A stretch of DNA of 64,000 bases from Tubiluchus corallicola (Eukaryota > Animalia > Priapulida). The notes under the pieces were generated by a model. It saw nothing but the letters and a program-made list of their open reading frames with translations, was not told the origin of the DNA and ran no database searches. Location: positions 1 through 64,000 of the forward strand of contig JAQGDQ010002396.1 of NCBI GenBank assembly GCA_030141605.1, written 5' to 3'. This document shows positions 1 to 9,373 of the stretch, piece by piece; the stretch's first letter is position 1; every line of letters starts with the position of its first letter. Position numbers and translations under genes: made by a program.

Positions 1-1560
1 AATGCCATTTAAAGAAATCAACCAATATTTCGCCTCGGGATAGCGATCTTCAATCCCCTGAAAAATTTTCGTTAAATAATCAATAGAGGCAAAGTAGAAG
101 AACCCTTCAAATTGTATGATTTTTATCTGTGGGCATTCTTGAATTCGCTGAGAGCTTCTCTTGTAAGAGTTTTTACTCACAAAGCTCCATCCAAATGGTG
201 TTTTTATAGGAACATGGAAAAAAATACGCGGCGTAACGCTTTGTTTCAAAAAAATAATAATACTAACCCCAATGCCCGCGTATAAAGCGAAAATAAGCCC
301 TTGAAACAAAACTGCCAGAAAAGTAACAATAACGACAATACTGTCCAGCCAGCTATTGCGGATAATATTGAAAATGCGTCTTAATGGAAACAGGCGCCAG
401 GCGACAAATAAAATTAGTCCTCCTATTGCGGAAACTGGAAGCCAGCGCGCCAACGGCGCGACAAACTGTAGCGTAATCGTAAGGAAAATAACAGAAAATA
501 TAGCCGATAATGGCGATCGAGCGCCCACTTCATAATTAATGCTGCTTCTTGTAAAAGAGCCGGATCCTGCGTAAGCGGAAAAAAATCCCCCAACAATATT
601 AGATAGGCCCTGGCCAAAAAATTCTTGCGAGATATCAATATTCTGGCCTGTTCTCATTCCAATTGCCTTAGAAATCGCGACAGCTTCCAAAAGAGCCAAA
701 AGCGATATCGCTAGCGCGCCATTTAGAAGTTCTCCCCATAAGCCAAAATCAAGCCAGGAAGCGTCAAAATCCGGCAAACCTTCAGGAAGAGAGCCCACAA
801 AGACAATCCCTTGCGATTCTCCGCCAAGATAAACCGCGAAAGCGCTCCCCAGTGTAATTGCGATCAGCATCGAAAGCGCGACGCCTATAAATCGGCAGCC
901 GAGAACAATTATCCCCAACGTTACCAACGCCACGGATAAAGTAGAATAATTAATTCCGCTGGTATGCTCATATAAAAAGAGAAGCGTTCCTATCATGTTG
1001 GCTTTTGGCACTTCCAGCGCTGTAATATACTTAAGCTGGTTAATTGCGATCAGTATTGCCGCTCCTGCTGTAAAGCCTGTCATAACAGAGTGAGAAACAA
1101 ATGATAAAAGCTGATCTGCCCTGATCAATACCAGCAATATCTGAATAATGCCCGTCAATAGTGTGATATTCAAAACAATCTTTATATATTCTAGTGTCCC
1201 AATATCTGTATATTGAGTCACAATCGTCTGAATCATCAGGGAAATCGCGACCGTTGGGCCTGATATCATATACCAAGAGCTTCCCCACAGCGCTGCAACC
1301 AGGCAAATAAATATCGCCGTATATAAGCCATATTCTGGAGGAAGACCCGCAATGCTCGCATAGGCGACTCCTTGGGGTAAAACAACCATACAATTTGTTA
1401 ACCCTGCCAGAAAATCCGCCTTTAAAGTAGCGGCTGTTATACGGGGCCAAGAAAAAAGAAAAGGAAAAAGTTTTTTTATATAATCAGATTTACGAGTCTC
1501 TCTTAAAATATCTTTGGCGTCATCTCTTTGCCAATCGGGAAATAATGCTTTGTATCTCAT
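1..1560 (-). CDS. SulP/SLC26-family anion permease with STAS domain (3' end runs off the window)
   Basis: Not in the ORF track. Hand translation from ATG 1560 is open to base 1: DFLAGLTNCMVVLPQGVAYASIAGLPPEYGLY, GPT, SQEFFGQGLSN, GSGSFTRS, then a STAS-like IIQFEGFFYFAS segment. Confidence 0.93.
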   Translation of the reverse strand, partial: MRYKALFPDWQRDDAKDILRETRKSDYIKKLFPFLFSWPRITAATLKADFLAGLTNCMVVLPQGVAYASIAGLPPEYGLYTAIFICLVAALWGSSWYMISGPTVAISLMIQTIVTQYTDIGTLEYIKIVLNITLLTGIIQILLVLIRADQLLSFVSHSVMTGFTAGAAILIAINQLKYITALEVPKANMIGTLLFLYEHTSGINYSTLSVALVTLGIIVLGCRFIGVALSMLIAITLGSAFAVYLGGESQGIVFVGSLPEGLPDFDASWLDFGLWGELLNGALAISLLALLEAVAISKAIGMRTGQNIDISQEFFGQGLSNIVGGFFSAYAGSGSFTRSSINYEVGARSPLSAIFSVIFLTITLQFVAPLARWLPVSAIGGLILFVAWRLFPLRRIFNIIRNSWLDSIVVIVTFLAVLFQGLIFALYAGIGVSIIIFLKQSVTPRIFFHVPIKTPFGWSFVSKNSYKRSSQRIQECPQIKIIQFEGFFYFASIDYLTKIFQGIEDRYPEAKYWLISLNGI

Positions 1561-1743
1561 ATGATGTCATACTCTAGTGTTGTATAAATATTCCAAAAGA
1601 GAAAAATAGCCCTGATAAATCAAATCGCTGCCTTGCCTAATCACCATAGCATATAATTCTATGAAGTCATTAATAAAATACTGACAAGAAAAAGAAATTT
1701 TCATCTGGCGCCCAATCGGCCGCCTTTATCTTTTTCTACGTTA

Positions 1744-2409
1744 TCAATAAGAGTTTATAATACTGTCAACATGAGCTTTTACAGCTTCTTTTGCCGCCTC
1801 GTAATCCTGTGCTTTCAAAGCCGATAAAATACGTTCATGCTCGGCGACAATGTCAAACAGGCGATTTTCTATCTCTTTTAAAAGATGGTAACGAAGGCGA
1901 TTCATGCCTACTTTCACTTGCTCTAAAAGCTGCAAAGTCAATGGCAAGCCTGCCATTTTTGCCAATAAACCATGAAAATCATCATCCATTCTATAGAAAA
2001 GAATCGGATCATTCTGGTGCGCGGCTCGTCTCTGCGCTTCTATAGAGGCGTCAACTCCATGCCAGCAAATATTATCTATTTTCTTAAAAAGCTTGTTGAT
2101 AATTAATAATTCCAGCGTTTCCCGAATTAAAAAAGATTCTTTGATCTTCTCTATATTAATCTCTGTGACAAAAGAGCCAACCTGAGGGATCGTCTCAACA
2201 AGTTCTTCCTGCTCAAGGCGACGAAAGGCTTCCCGCACAGGTGTCCTGCTTACACCAAAAATTGCCGCGACTTCCTGCTCTGATAATGAATCCCCTGGCA
2301 GCAAATCAAAATAAACGATCTTATCTCGTAGTAACTTGTAAATCTGAGCGCCTATAAGATGCTTTCTGCTAATTTGCGCATTTGAAAATAGCGCTACTAA
2401 ATCTGTCAT
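1744..2409 (-). CDS. GntR-family (FCD) transcriptional regulator, RspR/YdfH-like
   Basis: wHTH LSEQEVAAIFGVSRTPVREAF plus FCD motifs DDDFH and EHERIL; divergent from the sugar catabolic genes. Confidence 0.92.
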   Translation of the reverse strand: MTDLVALFSNAQISRKHLIGAQIYKLLRDKIVYFDLLPGDSLSEQEVAAIFGVSRTPVREAFRRLEQEELVETIPQVGSFVTEINIEKIKESFLIRETLELLIINKLFKKIDNICWHGVDASIEAQRRAAHQNDPILFYRMDDDFHGLLAKMAGLPLTLQLLEQVKVGMNRLRYHLLKEIENRLFDIVAEHERILSALKAQDYEAAKEAVKAHVDSIINSY

Positions 2410-2552
2410 GTGGCTTCCAAAAATTACTCTAATATCATTTGATGTGATTATATACGACTTTTACGCTTTTCTCTATTTTAAATCAGACCATTCAAAAAAA
2501 TCTTAATTTCAAACATAAAAAAGTTCTTGACTCTATATTGGCTTATACTATA

Positions 2553-2568
2553 TGTATACTAGTATACA
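2553..2568. promoter_or_regulatory. Probable GntR/RspR operator, perfect palindrome TGTATACTAGTATACA
   Basis: 16-bp perfect inverted repeat in the divergent intergenic region, just downstream of a TTGACT -35-like hexamer (2527-2532); contains ATAC-NN-GTAT. Confidence 0.7.
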
Positions 2569-2650
2569 AGCTATAATTATTAATTAGCGATATAAAACGT
2601 AGCACTCAAAAGTGTAGCACTCAATTTTTAATAAAGGTTTTTAAATAAAC

Positions 2651-3394
2651 ATGTATTATAAAATTTATGAAACTGTTCAGAAGATGGGACAGGCAGCTGC
2701 TGAGGAAGGTGCGTTTGCAATCTCCAAAGCGATAGAAGAAGAAGGAAAAGCTGGGATTATTCTTGCGACAGGCGCCAGCCAGTTTAAGGTTATTGAAGCT
2801 CTCATCAAGCGAGACGATATTGACTGGTCAAAGGTAACGGTTTTTCATCTTGATGAATATATTGGTCTTCCTCAAGCCCATCCTGCGAGTTTCAGAAAAT
2901 ATTTAAAGGAACGATTTGTCGACCATATTCCCAATTTAAATGATTTTGTTTATATTCATGGCGACAATCCCGATTTACAGAGCGAGGTTTTCTCTGTAAG
3001 CCAGAAAATTCTAGAATGCGCTATTGATGTTGCTTTTGTTGGTATTGGTGAAAACGCTCATTTAGCTTTTAACGACCCTCCTGCGGACTTTACGACTGAA
3101 GAACCTTATATCATTGTTAATTTAGATGAAAAATGTAAAAATCAACAGGTTCAAGAAGGATGGTTTAAAACACTTGAAGACGTGCCAGCAAAAGCAATAT
3201 CTATGTCTATACAGCAAATCCTTAAAAGTAAAAAAATAATTGTCAGCGTTCCCGATGAGCGTAAGGCAATGGCTGTTAGGCAAACAATAAAAGGTGATGT
3301 TTCTCCTTTATATCCTGCTTCTATTTTACAAACACATTCAAATGTATCATTCTACCTTGACAAGTTATCATCGGCGCAGTTAAGTTCTACATAG
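2651..3394 (+). CDS. nagB: Glucosamine-6-phosphate deaminase / 6-phosphogluconolactonase family protein (NagB-like)
   Basis: LATGASQ, FHLDEY, GIGENAHLAFNDP and PASILQTH motifs; true substrate uncertain. Confidence 0.8.
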   Translation: MYYKIYETVQKMGQAAAEEGAFAISKAIEEEGKAGIILATGASQFKVIEALIKRDDIDWSKVTVFHLDEYIGLPQAHPASFRKYLKERFVDHIPNLNDFVYIHGDNPDLQSEVFSVSQKILECAIDVAFVGIGENAHLAFNDPPADFTTEEPYIIVNLDEKCKNQQVQEGWFKTLEDVPAKAISMSIQQILKSKKIIVSVPDERKAMAVRQTIKGDVSPLYPASILQTHSNVSFYLDKLSSAQLSST

Positions 3395-3494
3395 CTTCAT
3401 TACAATAAAGCTTCTTTAAGAATAAGAAGAAGAATAAAGAATAAAAAATAAAAAAAGTTTTCTATGGTAAAAGCATCATATTAAGAAGTTATGA

Positions 3495-3519
3495 TCTAAG
3501 CCGCTTAAGGCGGCTTAGA
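3495..3519. other. Intergenic stem-loop before the dctP ribosome-binding site
   Basis: TCTAAGCCGC-TTAAG-GCGGCTTAGA, 10-bp perfect stem, followed by AAGGAGG. Confidence 0.6.
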
Positions 3520-3535
3520 ATTTTAAGGAGGAAAT

Positions 3536-4501
3536 ATGAGACGTTTACTATCACTACTAACAATCGGGGCTTTTTTATTTACTGCGAATATATCGCATGC
3601 GGCAATTGTCTTAAAGCTCGCAGAAAACCAACCCCCTAGCAATCCTGTGACAAAAGCAATGCTATTTTTCGCTGATCTCGTTAAAGAAAAGACGAACGGG
3701 GATGTTATTATTGAGGTTTACCATAGCGCGCAGCTGGGACAAGAGGCCGAAAATATTGAGCAAGTCATGTTAGGCACGCTTGAAATGGCCCGTGTAAACA
3801 GTGTTCCGCTGGCACAAGTTGCTCGGGAGATGGGCGTATTTACGCTTCCTTACGTCTTTAGAGATATCAAGCATAAATATAATGTACTTGATAGTGAAAT
3901 CGGAGACGATGTGAACAACGCTATCGAAAAGTATGGATTTATAAACCTAGGTTATATGGAAGCTGGTACCCGTAATTTCTATGTGAATAAGCCCGCTGAC
4001 CAGATCCGTAGCTTAGATGATCTTAAGGGCATGAAAATTCGAGTACAACAATCTGAGATTTCTATCAAAATGACTCGTCTCCTTGGTATGGTTCCGACTC
4101 CTATGCCTTACGGCGAAGTCTATAGCAGCTTGCAAACTGGTGTTATTGATGGCGCGGAGAATGATTTTGTCAGCTATCACACTTCTAGTCATTTCGAAGC
4201 GGCGAAAACATATATTTTAGATGGCCATCTCAGCCCTCCTGCGACTTTAATTATCAATAAATCTATCTATAACAGATTGCCGGAAAAGTATCAGAGGGCT
4301 ATATTCAACGCCGCGCAAGAAGCCATTGCTTACGAGCGGCAGGCGATGCAAAATATGCAGTCAGAATCTGAAAATTTTGTCGTTTCCAAAGGATCAGCCA
4401 TCAAAGCAATCGATGTTCTGGAATTCCAAAAAGCTGTCCAGCCTATTTATGATCAATATCCTCAATATAAGGAAGTTCTTAGTAAAATCAGCAAAAAATA
4501 A
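3536..4501 (+). CDS. dctP: TRAP transporter substrate-binding protein (DctP family)
   Basis: Signal peptide, DLKGMKIRV and PMPYGEVYSSLQTGVIDGAEN motifs; RBS AAGGAGG. Confidence 0.95.
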   Translation: MRRLLSLLTIGAFLFTANISHAAIVLKLAENQPPSNPVTKAMLFFADLVKEKTNGDVIIEVYHSAQLGQEAENIEQVMLGTLEMARVNSVPLAQVAREMGVFTLPYVFRDIKHKYNVLDSEIGDDVNNAIEKYGFINLGYMEAGTRNFYVNKPADQIRSLDDLKGMKIRVQQSEISIKMTRLLGMVPTPMPYGEVYSSLQTGVIDGAENDFVSYHTSSHFEAAKTYILDGHLSPPATLIINKSIYNRLPEKYQRAIFNAAQEAIAYERQAMQNMQSESENFVVSKGSAIKAIDVLEFQKAVQPIYDQYPQYKEVLSKISKK

Positions 4502-4559
4502 ACGTGTTTTAGTATAAAAAATAAACATGATATAACCCGGGAAGCCTAGCTAGAAGAAA

Positions 4560-5054
4560 ATGAAACTAATTCTTATCACGGCGGCTTTTGTGAGCCGTTT
4601 TACCTCATCTGTTACTGTTGTTGCTTTAAAAATATTACTTGTGGCTCTGACCGCGTTAACCAGCTATCAGGTTCTATTGCGATATGTTTTTAACAACCCG
4701 ACCTACTGGTCTGAGGAATTCTCTCTTATTATGCTCATTTATCTTGGCTTCCTGGGAATGGCTGTTGGAATCCATCATAATCTCCATATGTCTATTTCTT
4801 TTTTCTATGATAAAATGGGAAAAAAATCTCAAAAATTCATGGATATCCTCTATTATATTCTTCTGGTTATTTTTGCCTATTTTATGATTCAGGATGGAAA
4901 TAAGCTCCTGGAAATTTCACAATGGCAAACAATGCCCGCGACTTCTCTGAGTAAAGAGTGGTTTTATCTTCCCCTTGTTCTCACAGGGTATTTAATTATT
5001 CTCTTTGCGGTTACCCATATTTTAGAGATTCTTTTTAAATCTGATAAATCATAA
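4560..5054 (+). CDS. dctQ: TRAP transporter small permease
   Basis: About 4 TM helices, QVLLRYVFN-P-WSEE motif; lies between dctP and dctM. Confidence 0.93.
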   Translation: MKLILITAAFVSRFTSSVTVVALKILLVALTALTSYQVLLRYVFNNPTYWSEEFSLIMLIYLGFLGMAVGIHHNLHMSISFFYDKMGKKSQKFMDILYYILLVIFAYFMIQDGNKLLEISQWQTMPATSLSKEWFYLPLVLTGYLIILFAVTHILEILFKSDKS

Positions 5055-5072
5055 AGTTTAACAGGGGTTCCT

Positions 5073-6356
5073 ATGGCTCTTTTTCTTTTACTCAGCAGTT
5101 TTTTTCTTCTTATGTTTTTAAGAATGCCTATTGCTTTAAGTTTAGGATTTTCTTCTATTATCACCGCTTTGTACATGGATATCCAAACTGTTCAGCTTTA
5201 TCAGAAAATGATCAATGGCGTTAATAACTTTACCTTTCTTGCCGTTCCTTTTTTCATTATCGCTGCGCAAATCATGACCAAAGGTGGAATTAGCAAAAAG
5301 CTTCTGAATTTCGCCAATGTTCTTGTGGGCAGAATTCGAGGAAGCGCCGCTTCTGTAAATATTGTTACAAGTATGCTTTTTGGTGGAATTTCAGGCTCTT
5401 CTGTCGCGGATGTCTCTTCTGTCGGCTCCATTCTTATTCCCGCTATGAAAGAAGAAGGGTATGATACAGACTATAGCGTTGCCGTTACTGTATCCTCCTC
5501 TGTACAAGGGGTCATTATCCCTCCTAGTCAAAATATGATCTATTATTCCATGGCGGCAGGAGGGCTGCCAATTAGCCAGCTTTTCCTCGCTGGTTATATA
5601 CCGGGCGTCTTACTTGGTCTCTCTCTTCTTTTTCTTGCTTACTTTATCGCTGTTAAAAGAAATTACCCCAGAGGAAATACCTATCCTCTCGCCGAAAGCA
5701 TAAAAATTATTCTCGACGCTTGCATTGGCTTATTTACAGTTGTCATTATCATCGGCGGAATCGTCGGTGGAATCTTCACCGCGACAGAATCTGCCGCAGT
5801 CGCTTCCGTTTACGCGCTTATTGTCACGGCTCTTGTCTATAAAAGCATCAGCTGGAAAGTCTTTGTCGAGATTTTACGCGATTCCCTTACGACCATTATC
5901 AGCATTATGGCCATTATCGCGACCTCAGCGGCGTTTGGCTATATATTAGCCCTACTAAAAGTTCCGGAAATGACCGCGAATTTCTTTCTCAGCATCTCAG
6001 AAAATAAATATGTCATCTTGCTGCTTCTCAATATTATGTTGATTATTTTAGGCGCCCTGATGGATATGGGAATTTTGATTCTTCTCCTGACTCCTATTTT
6101 ATTACCTGTCGTTCAGGCAATCGGGGTCTCTCCCATTCATTTTGGAATCATTATGATTCTTAACTTAGGCGTCGGTCTATGCACGCCGCCGGTCGGAACC
6201 TCTCTTTTTGTCGGTTGCACAATTGGAAAAATCCCTATAGAGCAATCACTAAAGGCCTTCCTACCCTTCTATGTCATGATGATTGTCATGCTGATAATCA
6301 TTACCTATATTCCCGCCTTGTCGCTTTGGATGCCTGAGCTCTTTAGTTTTGAATAG
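5073..6356 (+). CDS. dctM: TRAP transporter large permease
   Basis: LAVPFF, FGGISGSSVAD, IIPPS, FTATESA and TPPVG motifs. Confidence 0.96.
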   Translation: MALFLLLSSFFLLMFLRMPIALSLGFSSIITALYMDIQTVQLYQKMINGVNNFTFLAVPFFIIAAQIMTKGGISKKLLNFANVLVGRIRGSAASVNIVTSMLFGGISGSSVADVSSVGSILIPAMKEEGYDTDYSVAVTVSSSVQGVIIPPSQNMIYYSMAAGGLPISQLFLAGYIPGVLLGLSLLFLAYFIAVKRNYPRGNTYPLAESIKIILDACIGLFTVVIIIGGIVGGIFTATESAAVASVYALIVTALVYKSISWKVFVEILRDSLTTIISIMAIIATSAAFGYILALLKVPEMTANFFLSISENKYVILLLLNIMLIILGALMDMGILILLLTPILLPVVQAIGVSPIHFGIIMILNLGVGLCTPPVGTSLFVGCTIGKIPIEQSLKAFLPFYVMMIVMLIIITYIPALSLWMPELFSFE

Positions 6357-6552
6357 CGCGAACATTTTATTCTCTATATGTTTTGGGTTTCGGCACAATA
6401 TGAGCCTATTTCACCACAGCGGATTGATTTCGTCACCTCTACTTTCTGTTCTTTTTACACATAAATGGTCGCTGAGCTTTCTTCACAGGTGGCACGCTTG
6501 AACGGGTGGAAAATAAATGCTATTTTAGCAGAGTAGAATGGAGAGTGATCTT

Positions 6553-6960
6553 ATGATATTACCATATAATTTAGTATCCGTGATGTTTGTTTTGGGTCTT
6601 CTGTTGGCAGGGTGTATTTCACCTTCCCAACCCGTATCGGATAAAAATTCTCAACTGACTCAAGGCAATGTCCAACTTTCGATTCAAGTGGGAACAACTA
6701 CAAAGGCGCAGATTTTAGAAAATTTCGGCTCACCCAACATCACGACAAGAGATGGAAGTGGCAAAGAAGTCTGGACATATCAAAGAAGCGCCCAGGTTTC
6801 CCAGTCATCTTCAACGTCGGGATATTGGACTATTCTCTTAGCGGGTCGTTCTGGCCGCAGTTCTGGATTTGAAACCTCATCCAGAATGACGACTTTGATT
6901 ATCAAGTTTGATGGCGATGATATTGTCTCAGATTTCAACAGTCGCACATCAGGCTTTTAG
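6553..6960 (+). CDS. Lipoprotein with SmpA/OmlA (BamE-like) domain
   Basis: Lipobox LLAGC; GTTTKAQILENFGSP...EVWTY and IKFD..DIV segments. ATG 6553 follows GGAGAG; alternative start 6538. Confidence 0.75.
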   Translation: MILPYNLVSVMFVLGLLLAGCISPSQPVSDKNSQLTQGNVQLSIQVGTTTKAQILENFGSPNITTRDGSGKEVWTYQRSAQVSQSSSTSGYWTILLAGRSGRSSGFETSSRMTTLIIKFDGDDIVSDFNSRTSGF

Positions 6961-6969
6961 GAAGATATA

Positions 6970-7446
6970 ATGAAAATTAAAAACCTATTTTATGCGATGC
7001 TTATGGCGTTAGCTTTGTCGGCTTGTATGGCGACTCCACAAAAGCCACCGGCAATGACTCCGCTTGAGATACAAAGTTTGCAAAGTCGCGAATACGAGGC
7101 AGCGAAGGAAGTTGTATTTCCAAGTGTTATTTCTGTATTTCAGGATATTGGATATACGATAAACAATGCGGATATTCAAACTGGGTTAATTTATGCTGAA
7201 AGTTCTGCCAGCAGTGGTTATTTATTTTGGGAGAGTGCGACGATAGTTCGTCAAACAAGGGCAACTGGTTTTGTTGAGCGAATCGGGGATAAAACAAGAA
7301 TAAGGCTGAATTTTGTTGAGGTTCATAAGACCTCCTCTACACAAGGTCAAACGAGCCGCCAAGATACCCCATTGCTGGATGCCAAATTGTATGAGAATGC
7401 GTTTGAGAAGATTGAAAACGCGATCTTTATGCGCGCTTCAAGCTGA
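6970..7446 (+). CDS. Uncharacterised lipoprotein
   Basis: Lipobox ALSAC, AGGAAG RBS, 9 bp downstream of the previous lipoprotein gene. Confidence 0.8.
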   Translation: MKIKNLFYAMLMALALSACMATPQKPPAMTPLEIQSLQSREYEAAKEVVFPSVISVFQDIGYTINNADIQTGLIYAESSASSGYLFWESATIVRQTRATGFVERIGDKTRIRLNFVEVHKTSSTQGQTSRQDTPLLDAKLYENAFEKIENAIFMRASS

Positions 7447-7526
7447 TATCGATTGGTTTTTTGATGTATTCATTTACAACAGGCACCGGCAAAATTATTT
7501 GATCCCCGAATAATGCTCTTTGAAAA

Positions 7527-9347
7527 TTATTCCACCGTGACAGATTTGGCTAAGTTCCGGGGTTGATCAACGTCTGTACCTCGAATGACCGCTATGTGAT
7601 ACGCTAGCAGCTGTAGCGGAAGCGCATAAACAATTGGCGCAATCAAGGGTGAAACCCGCGGTAGGCAAATCGGCTGAATAGATGTTCCCTTAAAGGCGTC
7701 CGCGCCTTCTTGGCTACTGAGTAAAATCACATGCCCTCGACGTGCGATCACTTCCTGAATATTCGACGCCACTTTGTCAAATAAATCATTAAAGGGCGCG
7801 ACGACGATAACCTGCATACACTCGTCAATCAAGGCAATCGGGCCATGTTTCATCTCGCCTGCGGGATAGCCTTCCGCGTGAATATACGAGATCTCTTTAA
7901 GCTTCAGCGCTCCCTCCATCGCAACGGGCCACATATCTCCACGACCAAGATATAAAACATCCTGCGCATCCGAGACCGTGCGCGCAACCGATGCGATCAA
8001 CGGCTCTTTTGCCAGCACTCCCTGTAAAATCGATGGTAAAGAGCGGAAGCAATCAAACTTACTGTCTAAATCCTCCTGTGAAAGGTGGCCGCGGATATGC
8101 GCAAAAGAGAGAATAAGGCTCCCTAATACCATCAGCTGAGTGGTAAAGGCCTTTGTCGATGCCACGCCAATTTCAGGGCCGGCACATGTCTGCAGGAGAA
8201 TATCAGATTCGCGGGCAATGGTACTTTCAACAACATTCACTATCGATAAAATCGTCTGATTATGCGCTTTAGCATGCCGCAAAGCCGCCAGTGTATCCGC
8301 CGTCTCACCCGATTGAGAGACAAAAATAGCCAGCCCTCCTTCTTCAAATGGAACATGCCGATAGCGAAACTCCGACGCGACATCAATCTCCACAGGAAGA
8401 GCGGCATATTTCTCTATCCAGTATTTCGCTACTTGGCAAGCGTAAAATGATGTTCCACACGCAGATAGTGTCAAGCGGGACACATTTTTAAAGTATTCCT
8501 GATAAGGTTCTAAAATTGTTTTAGTTTGCAAAAATGTCTCAAACGCGTCACCGACAACACGAGGCTGCTCGTGAATTTCCTTTAGCATATAATGGCGATA
8601 GCCTCCTTTATCCACCAAAGAGTTCCCCGCAGATAGCAGAGAAGAGGGTCGCGTGATCTCCTGTCCTTCCTCATTGTAAAAAGAAACAGACTCTCTTTGC
8701 AAAACAGCGATATCGCCATCTTCTAAAAAAGTAACCTCATGCGCCATCCCTGATAAGGCAAACGCGTCAGAGCCAATAAACATCTCTTTGTTTCCATGGC
8801 CGACAGCAAGCGGGCTTCCCCGCCGAGACGCAATTAGCAAGCCTGGAAAGTGCTCAAAAACAAACCCTAGCGCAAATGCGCCTTTCAAACAGCTCAGCGA
8901 CTTTAACACAGCCTCAAGCGGCGGGTTACCTCGTTTCAACTCTTGAGAAACCAGCCAGGCAATCACTTCCGTATCTGTATCTGATGAAAAACAAACCCCC
9001 TCCCTTTCAAGAGAAGAGCGAATATCAGAAAAATTCTCAATAATACCATTATGAACAACGGCGACAGAGCGCCCCCCCATTAATGGATGGGCGTTTTTCT
9101 CCAGCGGTTTTCCATGGGTTGCCCAGCGTGTATGACCAATTCCTGTAAAGCCTTCCCAATCCTGATTCTGCAGTTTTTTTTCCAAAGAGGACAATTTTCC
9201 GGCCGCCCGGCAGCAGTTGATTTCTCCTGCTGAGTTCACTGTCGCGATTCCTGATGAATCGTAGCCTCGATACTCTAAGCGCTTTAAGCCATCGATTAAA
9301 AAAGAGCGAACATTTCTGTCGCTAACCATTCCTATTATGCCGCACAT
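7527..9347 (-). CDS. glmS: Glutamine-fructose-6-phosphate transaminase
   Basis: N-terminal MCGI, GHTRWATHG, SQSGETADT, C-terminal PRNLAKSVTVE. Confidence 0.99.
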   Translation of the reverse strand: MCGIIGMVSDRNVRSFLIDGLKRLEYRGYDSSGIATVNSAGEINCCRAAGKLSSLEKKLQNQDWEGFTGIGHTRWATHGKPLEKNAHPLMGGRSVAVVHNGIIENFSDIRSSLEREGVCFSSDTDTEVIAWLVSQELKRGNPPLEAVLKSLSCLKGAFALGFVFEHFPGLLIASRRGSPLAVGHGNKEMFIGSDAFALSGMAHEVTFLEDGDIAVLQRESVSFYNEEGQEITRPSSLLSAGNSLVDKGGYRHYMLKEIHEQPRVVGDAFETFLQTKTILEPYQEYFKNVSRLTLSACGTSFYACQVAKYWIEKYAALPVEIDVASEFRYRHVPFEEGGLAIFVSQSGETADTLAALRHAKAHNQTILSIVNVVESTIARESDILLQTCAGPEIGVASTKAFTTQLMVLGSLILSFAHIRGHLSQEDLDSKFDCFRSLPSILQGVLAKEPLIASVARTVSDAQDVLYLGRGDMWPVAMEGALKLKEISYIHAEGYPAGEMKHGPIALIDECMQVIVVAPFNDLFDKVASNIQEVIARRGHVILLSSQEGADAFKGTSIQPICLPRVSPLIAPIVYALPLQLLAYHIAVIRGTDVDQPRNLAKSVTVE

Positions 9348-9373
9348 ACAATTGCCTCCCTACTCTTAATTTA

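Noticed and set aside
423-1450. Track ORFs 423-638 and 1040-1450 suggesting a fragmented gene
   Set aside because: They are off-frame shadows; the SulP frame is continuous from 1560 to base 1 with no frameshift.
2599-2625. CIRCE (HrcA) element
   Set aside because: Only TAGCACTC half-sites in direct orientation; no GAGTGCTAA arm at 9-bp spacing and no chaperone gene.
7447-7526. Tn7-like end or IS remnant downstream of glmS
   Set aside because: A TGT-starting segment and a YNR-containing ORF tail are present, but there are no repeated TnsB sites, tns genes or target duplication; too weak.
9348-9373. glmS ribozyme
   Set aside because: Only 26 bp separate glmU and glmS; no room and no motif.
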